A DNA stretch of 63,860 nt, counting the filler, from a bacterium (GTDB taxonomy: Bacteria; JAMOTN01): the NCBI GenBank assembly GCA_027062325.1. It is 6 parts of 6 records of this genome, joined end to end, with 100 filler letters (N's around TTAATTAATTAA, not from the genome) between each part and the next. Parts side by side here need not be neighbours in the genome. Positions count along the whole stretch, not along the records: positions 1 to 11,875 come from JAMOTN010000037.1; positions 11,976 to 38,209 come from JAMOTN010000038.1; 4 more parts are not named here. One strand, given 5' to 3'. A program made the position numbers and the translations under genes. This document shows, one piece after another, positions 8,286 to 18,010 of this stretch; the stretch's first letter is position 1, and every line of letters begins with the position of its first letter. Below the pieces are notes generated by a model. That model saw nothing but the letters and a program-made list of their open reading frames with translations. It was not told where the DNA came from and made no database searches.

Positions 8286-11200
8286 GTGATGGGAAATAAT
8301 AGAAAAAATAGGTTTGAGGATGTGTTTAAGAGAGGAGTAGAAGGATTTGAAGCTGTAAGAATATCAATTGCTTCACCTGAGGATATAAGAAATTGGTCTT
8401 CTGGAAAGGTGGAGCTTTCGGAAACGTTGGATTACAGGACCTTTAAGCCCAAAGAGGGAGGACTGTTTTGTGAGAAAATTTTTGGTCCAGAGAAAGATTA
8501 TCGCTGTGCTTGCGGAAGATACAAGGATAAAAGATTTGAGGGACAGATTTGTGAGCATTGTGGGGTCGAGGTTACGACGAGCCGTGTTAGAAGAGAAAGA
8601 ATGGGGCATATAGAGTTGACCGCTCCCGTAGCGCATATATGGTATGTGAAAAATGGAATAATAAGTGCTCTTCTTGGTATAACTCAACGTGATTTAGAAG
8701 AAGTTTTACATTTTGCAAAGTATATAGTCCTTGATCCAGGTAACATTTTGAACAAAATGCAGCTTCTTACTGAAGAAGAATATCGTGAGTTGCGTGAAAA
8801 GTACGGTGAGGTATTTAGAGTTGGAAGAGGAGCTGAAGCTATAAGAGAGCTTTTGAGAGAAATAGATCTTGATAAGCTTGCAATGGAATTGGATCTTGAG
8901 ATGAAAGAGGCAGAGCAAAAGGGAGATAAGCAAAAGGCAGCTCGTTTGGCGAAACGCCTTCACATAGTAGAAAGCTTCAGGAGAAGCAAGCCTGAGCGTT
9001 TGGTGGATTTGTTGACAGGTAAAGAGGATCCAAAGAGAAAGAAGGAAGGATACATCAAGCCTGAGTGGATGATATTGGAAGTTATCCCAGTATTGCCGCC
9101 AGAGTTACGTCCAATGTTGAAGTTGGAGGGAGGAAGAATAGCCAGAGCTGACTTGAATGATCTTTATAGAAGGTTGATAAACAGAAATAAGCGTTTGAAG
9201 AAGCACCTTCAGAATAATGCTCCTGATCCAATAATTGCTAACGAAAAGAGACTGTTGCAGGAGGCTGTTGATGCATTAATAGACAATGCTAGATTGACTA
9301 GGCCAGTTGTGGGGAACAACAATCGTCGTTTGAAGAGTTTGACGGATCTTCTTGGTGGTAAGCAGGGAAGATTTAGAAGGAATTTGTTGGGGAAGCGTGT
9401 TGATTACTCTGGACGTAGTGTCATAGTTATAGGTCCAAAGCTCAAAATTCATCAATGTGGGTTGCCGCAAGAGATGGTTCTTGAGTTGTTCAAACCGTTT
9501 ATAATTCATCACCTTGTTAATAAGACTGGTAAAGCAAGGAGTGTTCCCAAAGCTGATGAGATGATAAGAAAGGCAGATCCACAGATAATGCCAATTGTTT
9601 CCCAAATAATAAAGAAACATCCAGTTCTTTTAAACCGTGCTCCAACACTGCATAGGCCATCTATTCAAGCGTTTGAGCCAATAATGGTCAAAGGTAAGGC
9701 TATAAAGATACCGGCGCTTGTCTGTACGGCGTTCAATGCGGATTTTGATGGAGACCAAATGGCGGTTCATGTGCCATTGCTCCATGAGTCAGTAGCTGAA
9801 GCTTCCTATCTTATTCAAGCAAATTATCAAATATTTTCTCCAGCTCATGGTAAGCCACTTGCTACTCCAACTCAAGATATGACACTCGGATGCTATTACT
9901 TGACTAGGATGTTGACTTCCAAAGAGGTTGAGGAGATTGATATAACGAATTTTCATGCGAATCCGAGATTGCTGAGGAGAAGTGCTGATGTTTATCGCTT
10001 GCCTAGTGGGGAGATAATTCTTCAAAGTGGTGAAGAGTTGACTCAAGATAAAGTTGAACAGCTTAAAAAAGCTGGTATTACTAAGGTGAAAATATACAAG
10101 CAGAAGATATTCTCTACAGAGGAAGAGCTGATGGTTGCTTATGAAAATGGTAAGGTGTCTCTCCATGAGGCTGTTTATGTAAGAGTAAGAGAAGGAGAAG
10201 ACAATAAGCTTTCTGACAAGTATATAACAACTTGTGTGGGAAGGGTTATATTCAATCAGTTGTTGCCTGCAGGATTGCGATTCATGAACACTTTGATGAC
10301 GAAGGGTGAGTTGAACTCGCTTGTTGTTAAGTGCCACAAAAAATATGGATTAGATAGAACGGTAAAACTTCTTGATGATATAAAGGAGCTTGGGTTTAAA
10401 TGGGCAACGATTTCTGGAACTTCATTCTCGATAGAAGAGTTGAGAATACCGCCTGCAAAAGCTCAGATAATAAAAGAAGCAGAAGAAAGGACAAAGAGAA
10501 ACAGGGAGCAGTTTGAGAAGAAAGCAATAACGGCAGATGAGAGAAGACAGAATGACATAGATACGTGGATTCACGTTACAGAGCAGGTAACCGATGAGAT
10601 GATCCAGATCTTTAAGAAGGAAGAAGAGGAAGGGAAGTACAATAGTATATATGCAATGGCTTTCTCAGGAGCACGTGGAAATATCCAGCAGGTACGTCAA
10701 CTTGCGGCTATGCGTGGTTTGATGTCTAATCCTAAGGGAGAGATTATGGACTATCCTATTAAGTCGAACTTTAAAGAAGGTTTGAAGATGTTTGAGTACT
10801 TTATTTCCACTTATGGAGCCCGTAAGGGAGTTGTTGATACGGCGTTGAGAACAGCTGACTCTGGATACTTGACACGTGAGTTGGTTGATGTTGCCCAAGA
10901 TGTTGTTATAACTGCAGATGATTGTGGAGATACCAGTGGATTTGAAGTGCATCCTTTGCGTGAGATGAGGACTGTTCAGAATATGCATATAGATGAGGTT
11001 ATGATACCTCTTGAAGAAAGAATTTACGGACGTTATTTGGCACGCGATGTTGTACATCCTAAGACTGGCGAAGTGATAGTTAAGGCGGGAACACTGTTGT
11101 TGGAAGAAGAGTGTGATCTTATAAAGAGAGCAGAGGTTGAGATGGAGGTTACTCCTCAGATAATAGGGAAAGTTACAGCAACTGTTGTTCAGGATGCAGA

Positions 11201-11875
11201 TGAGAGGATTGTTGTTGCAGCTGACAAGGTTATAACTGAGCATCTCTATAAGATTTTGGTAGCGCGTGGAATAAAGAAGATAAGAGTTAGGCCGCGTGTG
11301 TTTATCCGTTCGCCTATAACATGTAAGATGCGCTATGGGATGTGTAGAAAGTGTTATGGATTGGATCTTTCGACTCACAGGGAAGTTGCTCTTGGAGAGG
11401 CAGTTGGAATCATTGCAGCTCAATCGATTGGAGAGCCGGGAACACAGCTTACGATGAGAACATTCCACACCGGGGGTGTTGCAGAGGCACGTCGAGTTCA
11501 GGTCAAGGCGCCGACTTCTGGAACAGTTATCCTTGATTACTTGCGTTGGGAGTACAAGACTGAGAAGAAAAGTGTCTTGACGGAAGATTACTCTTACGAG
11601 GGTGAAGATGATAACGCGGTGGCGATAAAGAGTGATGAAGGACTTGAAGAAGATACCAGGAGAATTGTTCGTGAGGGTTACATATTAATAGAACGTGAGG
11701 ATGGAACACGTGAGAAGTGTGATGTGCCACCGGGTGCGGTTCTTGAAAGAAACTTGAAAAATGGTATAAAAGTAAGAGCCGGAGATACTCTTGCAGAGTA
11801 CAATCCAAATCAAGTTGTTTCTAAAATTAAGGGTGTTGTGAGCTTTGCAAATATAGGGGAAAAAGATGGTAAACC
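8286..11875 (+). CDS. rpoC: DNA-directed RNA polymerase subunit beta', N-terminal ~1196 aa, interrupted by assembly gap
   Basis: Zn finger CACG...[24 protein letters not shown], catalytic NADFDGD (9735-9755), [25 protein letters not shown]. The stop at 11927 lies in the artificial linker. Confidence 0.98.
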
Positions 11876-11975
11876 NNNNNNNNNNNNNNNNNNNNNNNNN
11901 NNNNNNNNNNNNNNNNNNNTTAATTAATTAANNNNNNNNNNNNNNNNNNNNNNNNNNNNNNNNNNNNNNNNNNNN
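11876..11975. other. Artificial contig spacer (44 N + TTAATTAATTAA + 44 N)
   Basis: Identical 100-bp all-frame-stop linker occurs five times in the window. Confidence 0.99.
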
Positions 11976-14900
11976 CTGAAGTTGTACTTACACGCTATGG
12001 AAGAGTAATTGTTTCCGATGGGGATAAGATGGAGGAGTACCATGTACCTAAGGGTTATTATCTACGTGTTACTGAAGGGAAAGAGGTTACACCTGGAGAC
12101 ATCCTTGCAGAAAAAATAGGAGAGAAGGAGCCGGCAATTGCAAGTTATGGTGGAAAGGTTTACCTACACAACGTCAAAGTTCACGGAGGACAGGTTATAA
12201 ACGACGAAGGAATTCTTTACGTATTTGATAAGGAAAATGAGGAGGAAGTAGTATATAAACTTCCAACAGGTGTTAGAGAAACTGCTGATGCGAACTCTGA
12301 GTACGAACTGGCGGTCAAGAATGGAAGTGAAGTTGCGTATGGCTCTGACATGCTTTACGTGAAGAGTGAAATAGCAGGATATGTCGAGAGTATTTCTGAT
12401 AAGCAGATAGTTATAAAGAATCGTGTTAAGAGAGAATACTTACTACCTAAAGAGCAGGGAATTGAGTTTGAGGAAAAAGATGGTAAGAAATATTTCTGGG
12501 TCAAGGCTAAAAACGGTGGAATTGTGAAGATTAAGAAGGAGACTGTTGATAAGCATCAACATCAGCGTGTTGTGGTTACCAAGAGTGAGGAGTTTAAAAT
12601 ACCTGAGGATATTAAACTATTTGTAAGTGAGTTGAAGGTCAAGCAGGGGAAGAATGTTAAGAAGGGTAAAGAACTTACAGGTGAAGTGAAAATAGTTAGT
12701 GAGATAGATGGAGAGGTAGAGGTAGTTGATACTACAATTCCAGCTGATGAGGCAATGATTGGAAAAATTGATGGGTTGTCGCCTGAGGAGTTGAAACAGT
12801 ACAAAGTTAAAGCCTACAAAGTCATAGTAAGAGATATAAGTAAAGAACCAGTTAATACTAGTAAAAACATAGGGAAAGAGTTGATTGGTAAGAAGGTTTG
12901 GGAAGATATTATTTCGAAAGATGGAAAAGTGCTTTTGAAGAAGGGAGAGAAGTTTACTGAGGAGTTCGTGCGTACTCACTTTGTACCTGTGGATGCAAAC
13001 GGAATAATAAGAAAGGTTGAAGAAGAGCCCCTCAACTTGAAAGAGGTTGATCTTGAAAGTTATGTTGGAACAGTTATTGAAGGCGATGTTATAGATCCAA
13101 AAACTGGCGAAATTCTTGCGGAAAAGGGTGATGTATTGGATGACGATCTTGTTGACCTTTTGAGAGAAAGTAATGTTGAGGAGATAGTTGTTAGAGGTAG
13201 AGGTGTTGCTGTAATAAGTGAAAAAGAGGTTGATTTGAGAGAAGTTTCCGCGGATAGGGAGATGGCACTTGAGCAGTTGCAGGGAGAGATAACATCTGAG
13301 GATATAATAGATCCTGAAACAGGAGAGGTTCTTGTTCCTAAGGGAACAATAATCACCATAGCTATAGTAGATGAACTGTTGAAGAGAGCGAATAGTATAG
13401 GAAAAGTTAAAGTTTACAGAAAGTATCGTTACAAAATTCCCGAGGGTGCTGAACTTAAATTTGAGGAAGGTAAAGAGGTTAAGAAGGGAACCGAGTTGGT
13501 TAAGGCCTTGCACTTTGCCAATGATCAAATTGTTTGGGTGGAAGAAGAAGTATCTTATGTCATACCAAGTCGCTTGAAAGGAATGGGCAGACCGTGTGTT
13601 TTGAGGGTTAAAACGGGAGATAGGGTCAGCAGAGGAGACGATATAATAGAGCCACTTCCGCCTTATAAGGCTCCAATTGATGGAAAGGTGAACTACAAAG
13701 TTAAGACTGATGAGAGGACAGGAGAAGAAGTAGTTGTAAGCTTGGAGGTTTATGATACTCAGGATTATAGAATTCCAGCAGAGATTAAGCTTCTTGTTAA
13801 AGAAGGAGATATGGTTGAAGTAGGAGATCCTATTACTGAAAAAGTTGAGTATGAAAATATTGAGGAGACAAAAGATGTTTACAAGATCTTTAAGGAGACA
13901 GATGAGACTAAGTATCACAAAATTACTCCTGATATGGAAATATTGGTGAAGGAAGGAGACAGGGTAAGAGAGGGAGATAGACTGGCTGTTTTGAAGAATA
14001 CCAAGGTTGAGCAGTATGTGACGTATCAAGAAGATGGAGAAACTGATCAAGTAGGTTGTTACACATGCTTCTGGCCACACTTGAGACCTGCGGCTTTGGA
14101 AGTTAAGGTTGGGTCTGGTAAGTGGAAAAAGATTGCGCATGCAATGTCAGAGGTAGTAAGCAAGGGTGAAAAGTGGTTCGTTGGTAAAAAAATTAGTGCT
14201 AAAGATTTGAAAATAGGTGATGAGATTTACAGAATAGGAACTGTAATTGATGAAAAGCTTGCTAAGTTAATAGTAGAGAACAAGAGCAAGATTGATGATG
14301 ACGTTGTGTTTGTTGAGAATGGATGGGATGTTGACTGGTCGCTTGGTGTAGTAAGAGTTCCTGACAAAAAGAAGGTGAAGTTGTCGCTTAAATATGATTA
14401 CGAGAACAGGATGGTAGTAATATTGGACAAGAAGACAACTACTGTTTCTAGAATCATCCTTAGGAAAGGTGAAGCATTCCCAATTACTGAAGGAGCAAGG
14501 CTTCAAGTTAAAGAGGGAGAAATTGTTGAGAGAGGAGAAATTTTGGCTAAGTGGGCAGTTGCTACGAAGAAGACAACAGATATCGTACAAGGTTTGCCTC
14601 GTGTAAGAGATCTATTTAGGGCTCAAAGACCTAAGAAAGAGGCGGTTATTGCACCAATTACTGGTGTTGTTAGAAAGAGTGGAGTTACTACGGCAACTCT
14701 TCACATAGAAGATGAGAATGGAAATACGTATCCTATAAAGGCTTCACTTTCTCAGTTAGCAGAGGCTATTGTGTTTGATGGTGAGTATGTTGAGAAGGGT
14801 GATCAGTTGACGGAGGGGCACATTGAGTTGAAGAAGCTTAGAAACGAAGGAGGAGTTTATAAGGTACAGCGTTATTTGAATGATGAGATACAAAGAGTTT

Positions 14901-15373
14901 ATCGTGGGCAAGGTGTTCGTATAAATGATAAACACATAGAGATAATAATAAGCAGGATGTTCAAGCGTGTTCTTATAAAAGATCCCGGAGATACACGCTT
15001 TGTAAAAGGAGAAGAAGTGACTCTTACGGAATTTTTGGAAGAAAACGATAGAGTCAAGCTTCTTTACGGGGATAAGGCGCGTCTTGCGAAGGGGCGTTTG
15101 ATGGTTGTTGGAATAGAAAAGGCAGCTCTTACAACGGACAGCTTTATCTCCGCTGCATCATTCCAGGAGACGGCAAGAGTTTTGACCCGAGCTGCGATAA
15201 GAGGAAAGCTGGACTTCCTGCGTGGATTGAAGGAAAATGTTATATTGGCGAAACTTATACCAGCAGGTACTGGATTTAGGTGGTTCAGAGATGTTGATTG
15301 GCCTCCACTTGGTGAGAAGAAGAGAGAAGACGATGCCTCCACTAAAAAAGTTGAAGTAAGTGCCGATGCATAA
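11976..15373 (+). CDS. rpoC: RNA polymerase beta', C-terminal ~1131 aa (continuation of rpoC)
   Basis: Frame is open from the gap (EVVLTRYGRVIVSDGDKMEEY). SBHM repeats, then DIVQGLPRV, INDKHIEII, SFISAASFQET, GLKENVI...LIPAGTG. Confidence 0.95.
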
Positions 15374-15430
15374 TAGTAAAGAAAGTGTGGAGTGAATGTG
15401 AGTTCTAGCACGTGAAGTAGGGGTGATAGT

Positions 15431-16024
15431 ATGGAGGTAAAAGTTTTCTTAGATGAAAAGGAGATTGATTTAAATGAGTGGAAAGTAGATGAAAGTTGGG
15501 CACTTGGCAGGCTGATTGATGAGTTTAATACGAAGCTTATTGAAGAGGATAGGGGAGTTAGTAAGGTTGGAGTGGATTTTAAGGGAGAAGCTCCTGAGAA
15601 TGTTAATGTATGGGAGCTGCCATTGAAGGAATTTGCTGCTGTTCACCTTTATACAGATGAAGTTGCAAATATTATTAAAGAGTTAATAGCAGATATTGAA
15701 AATAGGGATATTGAAGCGATAGTGACAGATTTTGTGGAAAAGTTTGAAAAAGGTGAAAGATGGGGAGAGAGTTTTGCTGACTTTGTTATGCTCTTAGAGG
15801 ATGTTATGAAGCCAGTTGCAGTGTTGGTGAATTGGAAGAGTATAAAAAAGGAAGAATTCAAAAGTGAAAATTTTGTAGAAAAAGAAAACAAATTCAAAGA
15901 GTTTGCTGAAAAAATAAAAGAGGCTTTTGAGAAGGCTGATTACAACATGGTGAAAGAGATAATAGCAAATGAATGGGAGGTAGTGAAGGAGTTATTAGAG
16001 GTCTTGAAGAAAGAGGTGGAATAG
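15431..16024 (+). CDS. Hypothetical acidic protein, 197 aa
   Basis: RBS GGGGTG; codon style matches neighbours; lies directly upstream of the Maf-family gene. Confidence 0.75.
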   Translation: MEVKVFLDEKEIDLNEWKVDESWALGRLIDEFNTKLIEEDRGVSKVGVDFKGEAPENVNVWELPLKEFAAVHLYTDEVANIIKELIADIENRDIEAIVTDFVEKFEKGERWGESFADFVMLLEDVMKPVAVLVNWKSIKKEEFKSENFVEKENKFKEFAEKIKEAFEKADYNMVKEIIANEWEVVKELLEVLKKEVE

Positions 16025-16063
16025 CGAATTTTGTTTGTGTAGATTGAAGCCTTTGTTAGTTTA

Positions 16064-18010
16064 TTGGGGGTATGGGGGTTGGAGTATTGGAGGCTTAATT
16101 TTAATGAAATGCTAAGGAAACTTGGAGATGATGGGGATTTTAAGAGGAAGTGTGAAAAAGCTTTTAAAAATTTAAAATTTGAAAGAGCAAATACTGGTAG
16201 ATATGTTGCGTTTAAAGATGGTGTAGCATTGGCAAGTGCTTATGATCCAGAGAAGGAAGCAGATAGGGTTGTAGGTAGATATTTGCCAAGGTTGTCCGTT
16301 TCTCCCAATGTTGTAGTTTTAGGAGGAGGATGTGGTTATTTAATAAAGAAGTTACATGAAAAGGCTCCTGATTATGTAAAATTTGTGATAGTTGAGCCTG
16401 ATTTTGAAAGATTAGTTGCTGATTTTTCGTGTGTTAATTTAGTAGATTTCATAAGAAATAGAAGCTTTAAATTTATCCTTACTACCAACGAGGGTTTTAT
16501 AACAAATCATCTGGCTGAAAATTTGTACCCTGGCCAGGGGGGCTACCCCATGGTATTGACTATAAGACATCCAGTTACAAATTCTGGTGAAAGTAAAGAC
16601 TTTTTTGATAGAGCAGAGTTGATAATAAAAAAGTTGGTTATGTCAGTGATTTTGAACTACACTACTTCATTGGCATCGCAGAGAGTTATGCCTTTTCATA
16701 TTTCAGAATCGTTTGAGGAGCTTTTGCGATTACCGGGAGTTCAACGTTTAAGGAGAAGATTTGATGGAAAGCCTGGAGTTCTTGTGGCAGCTGGGCCAAG
16801 TCTAGATGAAGAGATAGAGAAATTGAAGCGTGTAAAAGATAAAGTAATAATTGTTGCTGTTGCAACTGCAGTTCCTGCATTGTTGAGGGCAGGGATAGAG
16901 CCACATTTTGCTATGGCAGCTGATATGTTTAGAAATAGTATATTCTCATCCTATGGCTTGAAATACTGTAAAAATACGGTAATGGTTTTGTCAGCGATTG
17001 TGAACTATGACTGGTTTAGAATATTTAAGGGTAGGAAGGCTCTTTTCAATCCCAACAATAAGTTGATTTCTTGGTTAGAGAGATTCAGAGAAGAAATGGG
17101 ATTTTTTGAGGTTGCTGGCACAGTGGCAACGGGAGCGTTGAATTTCCTGGAGTATTTGGGATGTAATCCTATATTCTTGGTAGGTCAGGATTTTTCAGAG
17201 AAAGAAGGGAAGACTCACGTAAGTGGAACTTATCATGAATACATTACAGAAATGTCAGCTTTGACGGAATTTGAAACATTTGGTGGTTTAAAGAGATTGA
17301 AAAAGCTCTTCTATAAGCCAAAATTAAAGGTTAGTAAGAACGGAAAAGAATATTACACTACTACTGTGTATCAGAGTTATTCATATCAATTTATGAAGAT
17401 TGTTGAGGCTTTTGAAAAGAGAGGAATAGAAGTGTACTATGCTTCTGATGGGATTTTGGATATGGAGTATGTTGATATTGAGGAAAAGTTGGCTGAGTTT
17501 CCCATTATAGAGACAGAAGTTAGAGCAGAAATTGAAAAATTGTTAGATGAAAAAGTCAAAAATGTTGATGTGGATGGTTTGTTAGAGGATATATCAGAGG
17601 TTGATAAACATATGGATAAGTTAGAAAGTGAGTTGTTTAGAAAAGCGGAAAAGGCATACGAACTGTTTGAAAGAGCAATTGCCATGAGTTTTAAGGAAAA
17701 AGAGGATTTGAAAAGGGAACTTCTGGCCTTTTTCATGGGTATTTCAGAAAGGTGGCCTTTTATGAAGGTTGTTTCTACGAATTATGAGTTGTACAATTTG
17801 TTGTTTGCGAAGAAGTACTTTGAGATATTGGAAAAATTTGAAAAGGGGGAGTATGATGTTGATGATATGGCCAAGGAAATAGGTAGAGTATTCATTATAT
17901 TTTTTGCGAATGTTTTAAAAGAGTTAAGATTTTTAAGGGAGTTGTTTGAGAAAATAAGAGAAAGACTTCTCAGCTATTCGGAGAGAGGGGCTGAAAATGG
18001 AAATATTTGA
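16064..18010 (+). CDS. Motility-associated factor (Maf / DUF115, MptE-like) glycosyltransferase family protein
   Basis: LASAYDPEKEA, VLVAAGPSL, VAVATA.PALL.AGIEP.F, GTVA...L..LGCNPI.LVGQD. Confidence 0.8.
   Translation: MGVWGLEYWRLNFNEMLRKLGDDGDFKRKCEKAFKNLKFERANTGRYVAFKDGVALASAYDPEKEADRVVGRYLPRLSVSPNVVVLGGGCGYLIKKLHEKAPDYVKFVIVEPDFERLVADFSCVNLVDFIRNRSFKFILTTNEGFITNHLAENLYPGQGGYPMVLTIRHPVTNSGESKDFFDRAELIIKKLVMSVILNYTTSLASQRVMPFHISESFEELLRLPGVQRLRRRFDGKPGVLVAAGPSLDEEIEKLKRVKDKVIIVAVATAVPALLRAGIEPHFAMAADMFRNSIFSSYGLKYCKNTVMVLSAIVNYDWFRIFKGRKALFNPNNKLISWLERFREEMGFFEVAGTVATGALNFLEYLGCNPIFLVGQDFSEKEGKTHVSGTYHEYITEMSALTEFETFGGLKRLKKLFYKPKLKVSKNGKEYYTTTVYQSYSYQFMKIVEAFEKRGIEVYYASDGILDMEYVDIEEKLAEFPIIETEVRAEIEKLLDEKVKNVDVDGLLEDISEVDKHMDKLESELFRKAEKAYELFERAIAMSFKEKEDLKRELLAFFMGISERWPFMKVVSTNYELYNLLFAKKYFEILEKFEKGEYDVDDMAKEIGRVFIIFFANVLKELRFLRELFEKIRERLLSYSERGAENGNI

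Noticed and set aside
11920-11931. Repeated TTAATTAATTAA palindrome (five copies) as a biological repeat
   Set aside because: It is always centred in N runs of fixed length; it is an all-frame-stop assembly linker.
11876-12029. rpoC naturally split into two genes (rpoC1/rpoC2-like)
   Set aside because: The stop lies in the artificial linker, both frames are open up to the Ns, and the break is far from the cyanobacterial split site.
12617-14140. 507-aa antisense ORF inside rpoC
   Set aside because: Shadow frame of biased sense codons; F/L/N/I-rich with no motifs. The same applies to 10665-11468, 9789-10337 and the other short antisense ORFs.
4432-14570. Inteins as the explanation for the RpoB/RpoC inserts
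   Set aside because: No C/S...HN-C/S/T splice junctions or LAGLIDADG motifs seen; most inserts consist of RNAP-type repeat modules.
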